Source: Longimicrobiales bacterium (GTDB taxonomy: Bacteria; Gemmatimonadota; Gemmatimonadetes; Longimicrobiales; Gaopeijiaceae). Taken from it: a stretch of 64,000 bases of DNA. Under the pieces are notes generated by a model. The model was given only the letters and a program-made list of their open reading frames with translations. It did not search any database and was not told the DNA's origin. Position numbers and translations under genes: made by a program. Where the stretch lies: NCBI GenBank assembly GCA_965226375.1, contig CBDDCX010000005.1, positions 264,048 to 328,047 on the forward strand, read 5' to 3'. This document shows, in pieces, positions 1 to 10,300 of the stretch (position 1 is the stretch's first letter; each line of letters starts with the position of its first letter).

Positions 1-142
1 GCCCGGGCTCCCCGAAGGGTAGGCCCGAGCCCTGGTCGCCCGACGTGCCGCGCTCCGTACCGGCTTCCTTCGCCCTTGCCTCGAGGGAGTCAGCGGCGCG
101 ATGACGCAGTCGACACGCCGGGCTTATCAGCCCGCTAGCTGA

Positions 143-601
143 TCAGGCGCTGTCCAGTTTGAGTTGAAGCTCCGTGCGCCGGAACTCCTTGTTCTTCATC
201 GGGACCGGCACTCCACCATGAGGCAGGATTCGAGTCACCGAACCGTCCAGGTAGAGCGGGTACGCCCAAGCGCTTCCGAACCGCACCACCTGGATCAACT
301 CCGGCCGCTCCTGATTGCTTGGGGGGGACACTGCCTCGGTGATTCGACGCCAAACCCGATCGACGAGCCCCATGCGCTCGGTCACGGAGCCGGCCCACAT
401 CGCTAGTTGGAGCAGTTTCCGATCCGCCTCGCTCATCGACCGGATCACCCTGCGGTGCCCAGGAAAACTGTGCGAGAGCAGAAACGCCAGTGCTTCCGCC
501 TCGGGTGCGGGGTCTACGGTGATCTCATGGTTCCCGGGCATCCGTACTCGGCAACGGTCTGAAACGTCCAACCAACCATCTGCATGTATGCGCGTTCTCA
601 T
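143..601 (-). CDS. hypothetical protein (152 aa)
   Basis: ATG start with an upstream GAGG on the minus strand, protein-like composition, and a small hairpin CGGGCT-TATC-AGCCCG (119-134) just past the stop. Confidence 0.6.
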   Translation of the reverse strand: MRTRIHADGWLDVSDRCRVRMPGNHEITVDPAPEAEALAFLLSHSFPGHRRVIRSMSEADRKLLQLAMWAGSVTERMGLVDRVWRRITEAVSPPSNQERPELIQVVRFGSAWAYPLYLDGSVTRILPHGGVPVPMKNKEFRRTELQLKLDSA

Positions 602-945
602 TTGTTTGCCTCAATCAGAGCGGTCGTTCGTGCCCGTTCGGAGGGGCATTAATGGAAGAGTCGTGCCGTGAAAGTGGGGAGGAGTAGGTGGGGTGTGGAA
701 AACACGCTTAAGTGTTTATGAGATAGTCTGTTACGTCCTGTGGGAGCCCCTCCCTCGATGCGGGTATGGGGGGGGAGTGATAGGCATTTTTTAGTCAGAA
801 TCGGCAAGAAGTACGCATAGAAGCCTGGTTCGTGGAGGCCTCCTCAGATCTTTCCGCCCACGAACCGCGCGGGGGCCTCAACGCGCCCGTACTTCTTCAA
901 CAGCCTTCTAGACAGGGAGCCGGGCCCCGGCCTATATTCGATATC

Positions 946-1097
946 GGCGTGCTGGGGGGCTCGTTTATTGAGCCAACACCCGTGAAGCCGGGACTGACTC
1001 TTTCGGACTACGTCATGCCCTGAGAAGGGAAGGCGAAACTCGGAAGGAGGTCACCCAACAGTGTCCCTGGGCTTCAATAATTCCCCTCTGGTGCGCT
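946..1097 (+). ncRNA. ssrS: probable 6S RNA
   Basis: About 150-nt rod fold: GCGTGCTGGGGGG pairs with CCCCTCTGGTGCGC (G-U rich), TTATTGAGCC with GGCTTCAATAA, then a central bubble, an inner stem TGACTCTTTCGGA/TCGGAAGGAGGTCA and an apical CCCT-GAGA-AGGG. The TTGAGCCAAC...GGGCTTCAA elements resemble 6S. Possible promoter TAGACA-N18-TATATT (909-938). Confidence 0.7.
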
Positions 1098-1098
1098 T

Positions 1099-1133
1099 AG
1101 AGAGGCCGAAATCCTTTGGGTTCCGGCCTCTCT
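1099..1133 (+). terminator. hairpin terminator after the putative 6S RNA
   Basis: AGAGAGGCCG...CGGCCTCTCT inverted repeat; no strong U-tract. Confidence 0.55.
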
Positions 1134-1244
1134 CGTCGTATGAGGACGGATGCCGTCCAACGGCGGTGGCGATGCGTGACTCTCTACATCTCTCCTCGGA
1201 CTTGCCTAGACGCCAGAACTGCGGGTAGCCTAGACGTTGTCGTC

Positions 1245-2291
1245 GTGAATGAGGCGAAGCCTTCCCCTCCAACGAGATCAGAGTTCGTGAGCGGAAAACT
1301 GCAGAGAGCGATCGAAGAGCGCCTTGCCCTCGGTGCCCTCGAATACGAGGTGCCTAAGTCGACCGAGGGCTGGAAGTACATGCTCGGGGGCATAACCGCC
1401 TTCTTGATCGGGGTCATCGTCGTCACGGGCCTGTACCTGGCCCAGTTCTACAATCCCACTCCCCAGGGGGCCCACGACAGTGTGCTCTACATCATCACCC
1501 GTGCTCCGTTGGGCGATTGGGTTCGCAGCTTACATTTCCTGGCGTCCGGCGCCCTCGTGGTGACGGTGACCGCTCATCTGGCTTACGTCTTTTGGAGAAG
1601 GTCCTACAAGCGGCCTCGTGAGATGACGTGGTGGGCCGGTGTGATCATGGCCGCCTTGATCTTCCTGCTAGTGATCACTGGGACCACCCTTCGGTACGAT
1701 CAAGAAGGTTTCGAGGCGCTGCTTCACTTCGTCGCAGGAGGCAACCTCACGGGGGCCTTCGGGGCGTTCTTCACCGACGACTTTACACCGAGCACCTCGC
1801 TTCTGTCTCGGATTTTCAGCCTTCACACGAGCCTTCTGCCCTTGCTGCTCGGGTTGCTGATCGGGCTGCACTTCTGGCTCATTCGCCACCTCGGGATTCA
1901 TGCCGACTCGTCGCAGACAGGAGTCTTTCGGGTTCATGCCACACGTTTGGCCGGATACGGTCTGCTCCTCTTCGCCGGGTTGGGTATCCTCGCGCTCCTT
2001 ATTCCGGAAGGGATCGGCTACCCGGCGGTGCCCGGGGTGGAGATCACGAAGCCGTTCTGGCCCGTCCTCTGGGTGTACGGGCTGGAGAACCTGTTGGGGG
2101 CGTGGGGGATGATCCTGGGCCCCGCCGCCGTCTTCGTCTTCCTGATGGCGGTACCACTGCTGGATCGCGATGAGGATGACACGCCCGGTCGCCACGGGTG
2201 GGTAGGGTGGATAGGAGTGGCGTTGGGTGTCATTATACTGTGTCTTTGGCTGTACGGTGTGTTCGGTGAGGTACAAGAACACATGATGTAA
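1245..2291 (+). CDS. cytochrome b (bc/b6-type, fused b6 + subunit IV-like)
   Basis: GLYLAQFYNP, GDWVRSLH...AH, YKRPREMTWWAG, SLH...GLH give four heme-ligand His. The PEWY position reads PFWP. The start is approximate (GTG 1245). Confidence 0.85.
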   Translation: MNEAKPSPPTRSEFVSGKLQRAIEERLALGALEYEVPKSTEGWKYMLGGITAFLIGVIVVTGLYLAQFYNPTPQGAHDSVLYIITRAPLGDWVRSLHFLASGALVVTVTAHLAYVFWRRSYKRPREMTWWAGVIMAALIFLLVITGTTLRYDQEGFEALLHFVAGGNLTGAFGAFFTDDFTPSTSLLSRIFSLHTSLLPLLLGLLIGLHFWLIRHLGIHADSSQTGVFRVHATRLAGYGLLLFAGLGILALLIPEGIGYPAVPGVEITKPFWPVLWVYGLENLLGAWGMILGPAAVFVFLMAVPLLDRDEDDTPGRHGWVGWIGVALGVIILCLWLYGVFGEVQEHMM

Positions 2292-2308
2292 TCGAGGGGG
2301 AGAACGAT

Positions 2309-2854
2309 ATGTCTGTACGCATAGTGGGTAGGGTGGGATCTCTAGTGTTGCTCGGTGTTCTGATGGCCGCGGTACACGGTGCCGTCCTGAAGAGCACCAT
2401 GGAGTCTGTGGAGGCCGGCCAGGTGCTGCCCCTCGTGGGAGAGGACTTCCACGCGGGCATGACCGTCACGCTCGCTCTGGTGGGTGTATCCGATGAGCAC
2501 TCGGTTGGTGAGGCGACGGCCAGCGACGAGGGTGGCTTCACCAAGGACCTCATGATTCCCGTCACGGCGCGCCCCGGCGACTACCAGGTGGTCGCGTACG
2601 AACCGAGTGGAGATCGGGCGGCAGCCCTGGACATGAGGGTCCTCACGGCGTCGGCTGTGGCTGAAGCCGCCGATGAGTCCCCTAAAGACGCTGCCGGGCA
2701 TGATGCGGCGGAGATGACCGCTGCCACGGCCGAAGAAATGGTCATCGCCCGTTCCATGACCGGAGCTGGATGGGGCGTTATCGGCCTCGTGGTCGGCCTC
2801 GCGGGTGGTTTGGGGCTGGTTCTGCTCAGGGGTGCCCCAGTCAGCGAGGTCTAG
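2309..2854 (+). CDS. secreted, C-terminally membrane-anchored Ig-like protein
   Basis: RBS GAGGGGGAG, signal peptide, PGDYQVVA beta-sandwich-like motif, C-terminal TM helix. Confidence 0.7.
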   Translation: MSVRIVGRVGSLVLLGVLMAAVHGAVLKSTMESVEAGQVLPLVGEDFHAGMTVTLALVGVSDEHSVGEATASDEGGFTKDLMIPVTARPGDYQVVAYEPSGDRAAALDMRVLTASAVAEAADESPKDAAGHDAAEMTAATAEEMVIARSMTGAGWGVIGLVVGLAGGLGLVLLRGAPVSEV

Positions 2855-2963
2855 AGATCTGCAGCCCGAGTCTGCCGGTCCAGGTTGGCCGCCTCTCCTC
2901 ACGTGGCTCCATCCGACCGGTGGGGCCACGTCGGCTGCATCCTGCCCACCCAAAGGAACGTGA

Positions 2964-4109
2964 ATGACCGATCACCCCGATCCGCCTTCGGGCGGCGAAG
3001 TGTTACCCTGGCGTCCGGAACTCACGGAAGCCATCTACGCCCTTCTCTACCGCGACGATCTCGGACTCGACCACCTCGTAGCCGAACTGGAGGCACTCGC
3101 TCGGGCCGAGGGAGCCGCGGTGTACTCCGAGCTCCTTTACCTGCTTTCCCACATACGCTTCGAGGAGGCGGAGGCGGAGCGGCATTGGAAAGACATCGTA
3201 CAGGTGAACCGTCAGCTCCAGAATCCGAAGCTGATCGAACTGAAGGTCTTCGAAGAGACCCAAGCTTCGGCGTACCGAGACGAGCTTACAGGCCTCCACA
3301 ACTTCCGCTTCTTCCAGGAATACTTGGGCTGGGAGAAGAACCGCTGCGAGCGGCACGAGCAAACCTTCTCGATCGCCATGTGCGACATCGACAACTTCAA
3401 GGACTACAACGACCGATTTGGGCACAATCAGGGGAACTCGACGCTGCAGGTCGTTGCCCGGACCCTGGTGGAGGCTGGCCGGGAAGAGGACGTCGTCTCC
3501 CGCTATGGCGGCGAGGAGTTCGTAATCATCATGCCCGCGACGTCCAAGGATGATGCCGCGGGGGTGGCCGATCGAGTGCGTGAGGCCGTCGGCGACCTCG
3601 AGTTGTCGGCCGACGATCCCACGCACCGAGTCACGGTCAGTTTCGGCGTCGCAAACTATCCGATCGATGCTACCAGCACGGACGATCTCATCCGGTGCGC
3701 CGATCGGGCCATGTATATCTCCAAGGCTCGAGGCAAGAATCAGGTCCAGTTGTATGGCGCCAATCGTCGGGCACACCGTCGAATCAGCGCAGTCGTCGAG
3801 GGTGAGATTCGAACCTTCGAGGAAACACGTCGACCGTTCTCGACCCTGGACATCAGTGAGACGAGTCTGCGTGTCAACGTGGATAGCGACGTGGCAGTGG
3901 ATTCCCTCGTGGAGTTCACGTTGAAGCTTCCCGACCACGGCCAGAACGTGACCGCTCACGGACGGGTTATTCGCGCTGATCCAAGCGGGGCAGGCAAGTA
4001 CGAGTTGGCGATATCGATTGTGGACATCGACACCCGTCAGCACCTTGTCCTCAAGCGCTACATTCGCTCCCTGGAGACCGAGTCTCCGGGACCGTTCGAG
4101 CCTCGATGA
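2964..4109 (+). CDS. diguanylate cyclase (GGDEF) with C-terminal PilZ domain
   Basis: RDELTGLHN, DIDNFKDYNDRFGH, REED I-site, RYGGEEF; C-terminal RRAHRR...DISETS. Confidence 0.92.
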   Translation: MTDHPDPPSGGEVLPWRPELTEAIYALLYRDDLGLDHLVAELEALARAEGAAVYSELLYLLSHIRFEEAEAERHWKDIVQVNRQLQNPKLIELKVFEETQASAYRDELTGLHNFRFFQEYLGWEKNRCERHEQTFSIAMCDIDNFKDYNDRFGHNQGNSTLQVVARTLVEAGREEDVVSRYGGEEFVIIMPATSKDDAAGVADRVREAVGDLELSADDPTHRVTVSFGVANYPIDATSTDDLIRCADRAMYISKARGKNQVQLYGANRRAHRRISAVVEGEIRTFEETRRPFSTLDISETSLRVNVDSDVAVDSLVEFTLKLPDHGQNVTAHGRVIRADPSGAGKYELAISIVDIDTRQHLVLKRYIRSLETESPGPFEPR

Positions 4110-4248
4110 CGTTCGTCGCGGTCGTGCGACTGAGGCTCGATTGACACATAAGCCGTCGTGGCCCGTATACTGGGTCGATGCCGCGTACCATGTTGCCCGC
4201 CTTCTGTCCCGCGGGGGACCAGACGCTTGCCGGAGAGAGGGATCGTTG

Positions 4249-7200
4249 ATGGGATTCAGGGTCCTGATTGCCGGGTGGATGAGCCGGCTGGCCGTCGCAC
4301 TGACCCTGGCCTCGTCCCTCCTCACTCTACCAAACTCTGCATCCGCGCAATACTTCGGGCGTAACAAGGTCCAATACGAGACCTTCGACTTCAAAGTGCT
4401 CACCACTCCGCACTTCGATGTTCTGTTTTATCTCGAAGATGAGCAGGTGATCGAGGACGCGGCTCGGATGGCGGAGCGTTGGTATGAGCGCTTCGCTCGC
4501 CTGTTCCAACATGAGTTCAGAGGTCCCAGGCCCCTCATTCTGTATGCGGGTCACCCGGACTTCCAACAGACCAACGCCGTGGCGGGAGACCTGGGCGAAG
4601 GCACCGGCAGCGTTATCGAGTCATTCAAGGATCGAATCGTCATTTCCCTGACGGATTCGTACCGGGACACCGACCACCTCATCGGCCATGAGCTCGTCCA
4701 CGAGTTCCAGAGCGATATCGCGCGGAGCCGGTCCGGACCCGGGTCCCGAGGTCTTGCCAACGTTCCGCTGTGGCTAAGCGAGGGACTTGCCGACTACCTG
4801 TCGATGGGGAACGAGGATCCGCACACCGCCATGTGGCTGAGAGAGGCCATCCGGCGAGATGCATTCCCCAACCTTGCAGAGGTGGCGACCGACGGTCGTC
4901 TCTACACGCACCACTTCGGCCACGCCTTGTGGGCGTTTCTCGGCGGCACCTATGGAGACGAGGTGGTCGTGGACATCTATCGCCGGGCACAGCGGGCGGG
5001 GTTTGGTCAAGCTCTGAGGGACGCCTTGCGGAGAGGCCCGGAGCGGGTCTCCGAGGTGTGGCGCAGTGCGGTGGAGGCAGAGTATCTGCCCTTGATGGCC
5101 GGCAAGCAGGTCCCGGGCGAATCCGGAGCCCTGCTCTTGGCTCCTTCTACCGGTGCGGGCACGCAGAACCTCTCCCCCTCGGTGAGTCCCGACGGGCGGC
5201 TCATCGCTTTCCTGTCCGAGCGTGACTTGGGCATCGACCTGTTTGTGGCGGATGCACGGACCGGGGAGGTTCTGCGCAAGCTCGTCAGCACGGATGTCGA
5301 GGCCCACTTCGATGCGCTCCGCTTCGTCGACGGTACGGGTGACTGGTCGCCCGACGGCTCGAAATTCGTGTTTGCCGTGTCTTCGAAGGGCGACACCCGC
5401 CTCGCTATCGTCGACGTGGCCAGCGGTGAGGTGGAGCGGGAAGGCGACTTTGGAGAGATCGCGATCACGAGTACGGCATGGTCGCCCGATGGACGAACCA
5501 TCGTGTTCTCCGGACTGGACCAAGGCTCGAGTAACCTCTACAGCTGGGATCTACAGACCGGTGCCTTGGGCCAACTGACCAGCGACAAGTACGCTGCACT
5601 CCAGCCGACGTGGTCGCCCGACGGGTCGACGGTGGCCTTTGTTTCGGATCGCGGGTCGAGCACCGACCTTGATCGACTCGCGTGGGGTGAGCCCAACATA
5701 GCGTTCTTGGATGTGGCTTCTGGCGACCTCTCCACGCTGAACGTCTTCGGCGCGACCAAGCACATCAATCCCCGGTACGCCCCGGACGGTCGAAGCCTCT
5801 ACTTCATCTCGGATCAAGACGGTTTCAGCGACATCTACCAGTACACGTTCGACGACGCGGAAGTCCGCCGAATTACACGACTCCAGACGGGTGTGAGTGG
5901 CGTCAGCGCCATGTCGCCGGCGATATCGGTCGCCCGCGAGGCGGGCACGATCGTGTACTCGGTGTTCGACGACTTCGAGTTCCACGTGTACAGCCTGCAG
6001 TCCAGCGAGGCCGACGCGGGGGGTGAGGTGATCACGGCGTCCCCCGACGCTCAGCCCGGCCGCATCCTTTATCCGGGCGTCCCAGTGCAGGTGAGCAGGG
6101 TGGCGCAATACCTCTCGGACCCGGAATCGTCGCTCGTGCCGAATGGCACGTACCTCGCCGCGGGTACGAAGAACTACAAACCCGTCTTCTCCATGGACTT
6201 CACGGGCCAGCCCAATATGGGCGTCGGTACCGACCGATTCACCGCCTATTCGGCCGGTGGTGCCACGGCGTACTACAGCGATTTACTTGGCAACCACAAG
6301 ATCGGTTTTGCCGCTCAATTGCTGGGGGAAATCAGGGATATTGGAGGGCAGATCCACTACCTGAACGAGGCCGGACGGATCAACTGGGGGTTCGTCGCCG
6401 GGTGGACACCTCATCGACAGGGATACGTTACTCAGGGGTGGCATGCCCCTACGGATCATCTTCGCTTGGCCATCAGCCGGCAGCATTACGGTCTGGCGCA
6501 CGCAGGGGGCATCATCGCCTACCCCTTGTCTTCCACCACCCGCTTGGAATCCAACTTCGGGATACAGCACTACTCCTACTCCCTCGAAGAGGACGTTTGG
6601 ATCGTGGGTCTGGGCGGAACGACCATTCATCAGAATCGCACGGAGCCGATCGACTGGCTCGACCCCGTCACTCTCGGTGCCGCCACGTTGGCTCTCGTGC
6701 GGGACAAGGCGACGGAGGGGTACACCTCACCGTCGGGTGGCACCCGCCTCAGGCTCGAGGTCGGTCGCACTTTCGGTTCGATCGACTTCACCTCGGTGGT
6801 CGCGGATTTACGGGGCTACTACAGCCCCAACCGCAGCTTGACGTTCGCTGCGCGAGGCATGCACTTCGGCCGGTATGGGGGGGCACTCGATCCGACACAG
6901 AACGACGCCAAGATCCAGCCGCTCTTTCTCGGCTACGAACCTCTGATGCGTGGGTACTCGTTCGAGAGCTACGACGTTCTCGAGTGCGACCTGGATGTGG
7001 AAGAGGGCGCTCGTGCAAGCGCGTGTGACGGGTTCGCCCGTCCCTTTGGACATCGTCTGGCGGTGGCCAACTTCGAGGTCCGTACCACCTTGTTGGGCAC
7101 CCCGGAGCACGGTTTGATCAGCTTCCCCTTCCTGCCTACCGAACTCTTCGCTTTCGTCGACGTGGGTCTGGCTTGGAACGACCTCGAGAACCTCGACTTC

Positions 7201-7356
7201 CGCGAATCAGTGGGGGACGAAGAACCCATCGCCTCCGTGGGAGTCGGACTCCGATCGAACTTCGTGGGCTTCCTGGTTCTCCAGACGTACCTGGCCTACC
7301 CGTTCCAGCGGACGAGGGGGGCGCACATCGGCTTCGTACTGTCCCCCGGCTGGTAG
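4249..7356 (+). CDS. Omp85/BamA-TamA-family outer membrane protein with N-terminal zincin-like domain and PD40 beta-propeller
   Basis: Signal peptide, QYFGRNKVQY, HELVHE...EGLADY, repeated WSPDG, C-terminal barrel with MRGYS and a terminal Trp. Confidence 0.85.
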   Translation: MGFRVLIAGWMSRLAVALTLASSLLTLPNSASAQYFGRNKVQYETFDFKVLTTPHFDVLFYLEDEQVIEDAARMAERWYERFARLFQHEFRGPRPLILYAGHPDFQQTNAVAGDLGEGTGSVIESFKDRIVISLTDSYRDTDHLIGHELVHEFQSDIARSRSGPGSRGLANVPLWLSEGLADYLSMGNEDPHTAMWLREAIRRDAFPNLAEVATDGRLYTHHFGHALWAFLGGTYGDEVVVDIYRRAQRAGFGQALRDALRRGPERVSEVWRSAVEAEYLPLMAGKQVPGESGALLLAPSTGAGTQNLSPSVSPDGRLIAFLSERDLGIDLFVADARTGEVLRKLVSTDVEAHFDALRFVDGTGDWSPDGSKFVFAVSSKGDTRLAIVDVASGEVEREGDFGEIAITSTAWSPDGRTIVFSGLDQGSSNLYSWDLQTGALGQLTSDKYAALQPTWSPDGSTVAFVSDRGSSTDLDRLAWGEPNIAFLDVASGDLSTLNVFGATKHINPRYAPDGRSLYFISDQDGFSDIYQYTFDDAEVRRITRLQTGVSGVSAMSPAISVAREAGTIVYSVFDDFEFHVYSLQSSEADAGGEVITASPDAQPGRILYPGVPVQVSRVAQYLSDPESSLVPNGTYLAAGTKNYKPVFSMDFTGQPNMGVGTDRFTAYSAGGATAYYSDLLGNHKIGFAAQLLGEIRDIGGQIHYLNEAGRINWGFVAGWTPHRQGYVTQGWHAPTDHLRLAISRQHYGLAHAGGIIAYPLSSTTRLESNFGIQHYSYSLEEDVWIVGLGGTTIHQNRTEPIDWLDPVTLGAATLALVRDKATEGYTSPSGGTRLRLEVGRTFGSIDFTSVVADLRGYYSPNRSLTFAARGMHFGRYGGALDPTQNDAKIQPLFLGYEPLMRGYSFESYDVLECDLDVEEGARASACDGFARPFGHRLAVANFEVRTTLLGTPEHGLISFPFLPTELFAFVDVGLAWNDLENLDFRESVGDEEPIASVGVGLRSNFVGFLVLQTYLAYPFQRTRGAHIGFVLSPGW

Positions 7357-7384
7357 TTAGTCGCCGTACTTCCGCGTCAGGACC

Positions 7385-10300
7385 CTAACGCAGAGTCACC
7401 TTTCCGCTCCGCGTCCTTCCGCCCTTTTGCGCGTGGGCCGTGATCCGAATGGTGGCGTCGACCGAGGTACTCTCCACGATCCACTCCACCGTCTGCGACC
7501 GATCCGACACCTTGTCCGTGATCTCATTGCCCCCGGCCAGGTGTGAGATGGTGATCCGTCCGGTCGCGTAAGGTGCATCTCCTCCCTCCACGATTCGGCC
7601 ACCCTCCACCTCGAGCGTGACCGTCGGTGGTGCGACGACCTGCTGTGTGAGTCCGCCGTCCGGACCCTCACGGCCCTCGAACCCTCTCTGCGTTAGGTGC
7701 GTGGCCAGGTCCCCGACGTTCGTGACGGTGACCGCGACCCGATAACGGCCTTCCCCCAGCGGGGAGATGTCCGGCGCGGACATCTCCAGCAGCGGAGTAC
7801 GAGCGGCCACGTGTAGGAACCACGGTAGCTGTTGCTCCAGCTCGCGCTCCAGAAGCTCGTCGGGTGGGTTTTGTCCCCAGAACTTCCGGTGCCATCCCCC
7901 GATCTCGACGGGGCCGAACTCCGGATGGTCGTAGCGGGTCCAATCGCCGAAATACGCCCCGCCAAAGCTCCCGTCGTTGTACGCGTGCCAGTCCGATTCG
8001 TCGATCTCCCCGTTGCCGTCGGCATCCGGCACCCACTCGTCCGGTCCGGGCGAGTACTCGGGCACCCATCCCACGACGCCGTGATCCCAATAACCGAAGG
8101 TGATAAGCGTGCCGTAGCGGTGGTCGGTTGGGTGCGTCGAGCTGGGAATGACCTCTCGGCCCGTGGACTCGGTGTAGAAAGCGCTCAGGTCTTCGATCAG
8201 GGCCAGGTCGGTCTGGTCGAACTCTGACGGGGCCGACGCAGAAGGAAGCCGATAGACGAAGCCCCCCGACGTGTGCCCGTGGATGATGAACGCGATGTTC
8301 CGATGCTCGTTCACGAACCTCGCGGTGGCGTACGTCTCGGGCTCCGAGAGCGGAAAGTCTCCGGCACCGGACTGCACGTGCTGCCGCTCCCAATTCCGGG
8401 GGAAGTTTCGGTTCATATCGATCCCCCCGTATCCGTCCTCGTTCAGCCTTCCGTCGGCGTCGTTGTCGATGCCCTCGGACACGACGCGGTAGAAGGGCCC
8501 CGGGGAGCCTTCTTCTCGGGCCATCATGATCCGCGGGTCCCTCGGGCTGATCATCTGGTCCCCGTTCGGGTCCGGGATGCGCATCTGGAGAATTCGGCCG
8601 TCGCCGTCGAGGTCCTCTCCCGGGTCCTCGTCTGCCACTCCGTCGAAGTCCTGATCGACGGGATGAACCGAGCTGCGCAGAGACTGGTCGGTGTCGAGGA
8701 CCAGATTCGATCCGTCCGGGTTGAATTTCGGTCGGATGTAGAAGGCACGCGTATCGAGGAGCTCCGTCACCGCGTCGTCTGAGCCGTAGCGGTTGAGCAG
8801 TTCGCCCAGGGTGTATAGGGCGACCTCTGATCCGGTCAGCTCCGCCGCGTGGATCCCCCCGTCGAGATAGATGGCCGGCTTGTCGGAGGCGGGTCCCGTG
8901 GCCTCGTTGGTGACCTCCATGAGCATCAGGTCCACTCCCTCGTAACTGTTCCCGATGGAGTAGAGCTCGGTCAGGCCCGGGTACATCTCACTCCACACCT
9001 TCATGATGGCGTGAACGTCTTGCCAGCGGTGGTATCGATTCCACTCCACCTCGCCGTCGGCACCCACGAGATTTGCCCCTTCGATCCGTCGTTCGCTGAC
9101 CTGATTGCTCAGGGCACGCATCCTCCGGGTCAGATCCTGCACGGCGGCCACATATGTGCCTTCCCACTCGGCGATGCCTGCTGCCGAGCGCGACTCGACC
9201 TCGAATCGGAGGCCCGGGAGCATCCATGAGGCGTATCCACTGAACGGATCGGGGGACGCGAAAAGCGATTGGCTCCAAGGCCTGCCCTGGAGGCCCTCCG
9301 AGCGGATGAACGCTTTCTCCATGTCGAGAAGGCCCCGGTTCGCCGCATCCCGATCGGCGGCCGGGTCGTAAACTGGGCTGTCCGAAGCGAAGAGGGACGT
9401 CTCCAGCTCCTCCGCCACGTCGGCCAGCTCGTCCGTGGCCGATTTGAGGCGATCGAGGTCGAGGTTTACCCCCAACTGCCCGGCCCTCGACTCAAGGGCA
9501 TCGATGTGACGGTCGATGTCCGTCGGATATCGGACCAGGTCGTACGGAAGGATGTCCGCGTTGGCGAGCCGCAGGGCGATGATCCCGTCCACGCGCGCCA
9601 GGGCTGGGCCGTACACGAAGTCCGGGTCGGAAAACCTCTCAAAGAAGGCGAAGTCGTCGTAGTTGGAGTGATAGACTCCCGAAGATCCACCCATGGACAC
9701 GCCTCCGGACGGGACCCCGGCGTGCGTGTAGAACCCCACGTGATCCGATCCACCGCCTAGGTCGCCGATGGCCGGCTCGTCCAGGCCATCGCTGTTCCAG
9801 GCCAGGTACATGCTGCGACCGTCGGGATAGGCCACCGCTTGTGTGGCTTCCACGATCGTTCTCTTGAGCGACGGAGACGCGGAGACCCGGACATTGCCGC
9901 CGGTGACCGCGCCGTCGGCATTGATGTAGGCGACTGCCTTGGCCCGCAGCTGGTCGCGAAATTCCTCGACCCACTCGACGGATCCGATGATGCCGTACTC
10001 CTCGGCGTCCCAGTGGGCAATCTTGATCGTGCGCCGCGGCCCGCAGCCCTCGGCGTCGAGCTGACCAAGGGCCTCCGCGAGGGTCAGCAACATGGCGGTG
10101 CCACCGTTGGGATCCAGGGCGCCAAACCCCCAGGCATCGTAATGCGAACCCAGGATCACCCACTCGTCGGGCAACTCCGATCCCTGGAGCGTCCCGACCA
10201 CGTTGGTGGCCCGCACCAGCTTCTTGGGCTGGTCCACGTGGATGCGGAGCGTCAGCCCCTCACCCCCTTCGATTCGGTAGGTGGCGTCGATGCCTCCACG

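Noticed and set aside
709..735. TAAGTGTTTATGAGATAGTCTGTTAC as a dif or recombination site
   Set aside because: It does not match the XerC/XerD dif consensus well and no recombinase or repeat partner is nearby
1044..1059. AAGGAGGTCACCCAAC resembling the complement of the 16S 3' end, suggesting a small ORF
   Set aside because: It is explained as the inner stem of the putative 6S RNA, and the downstream frame is not convincing
3003..4406. 467-aa minus-strand ORF and similar long ORFs (16395-17750, 23088-24491, 35028-36140)
   Set aside because: They lie antisense to well-supported genes
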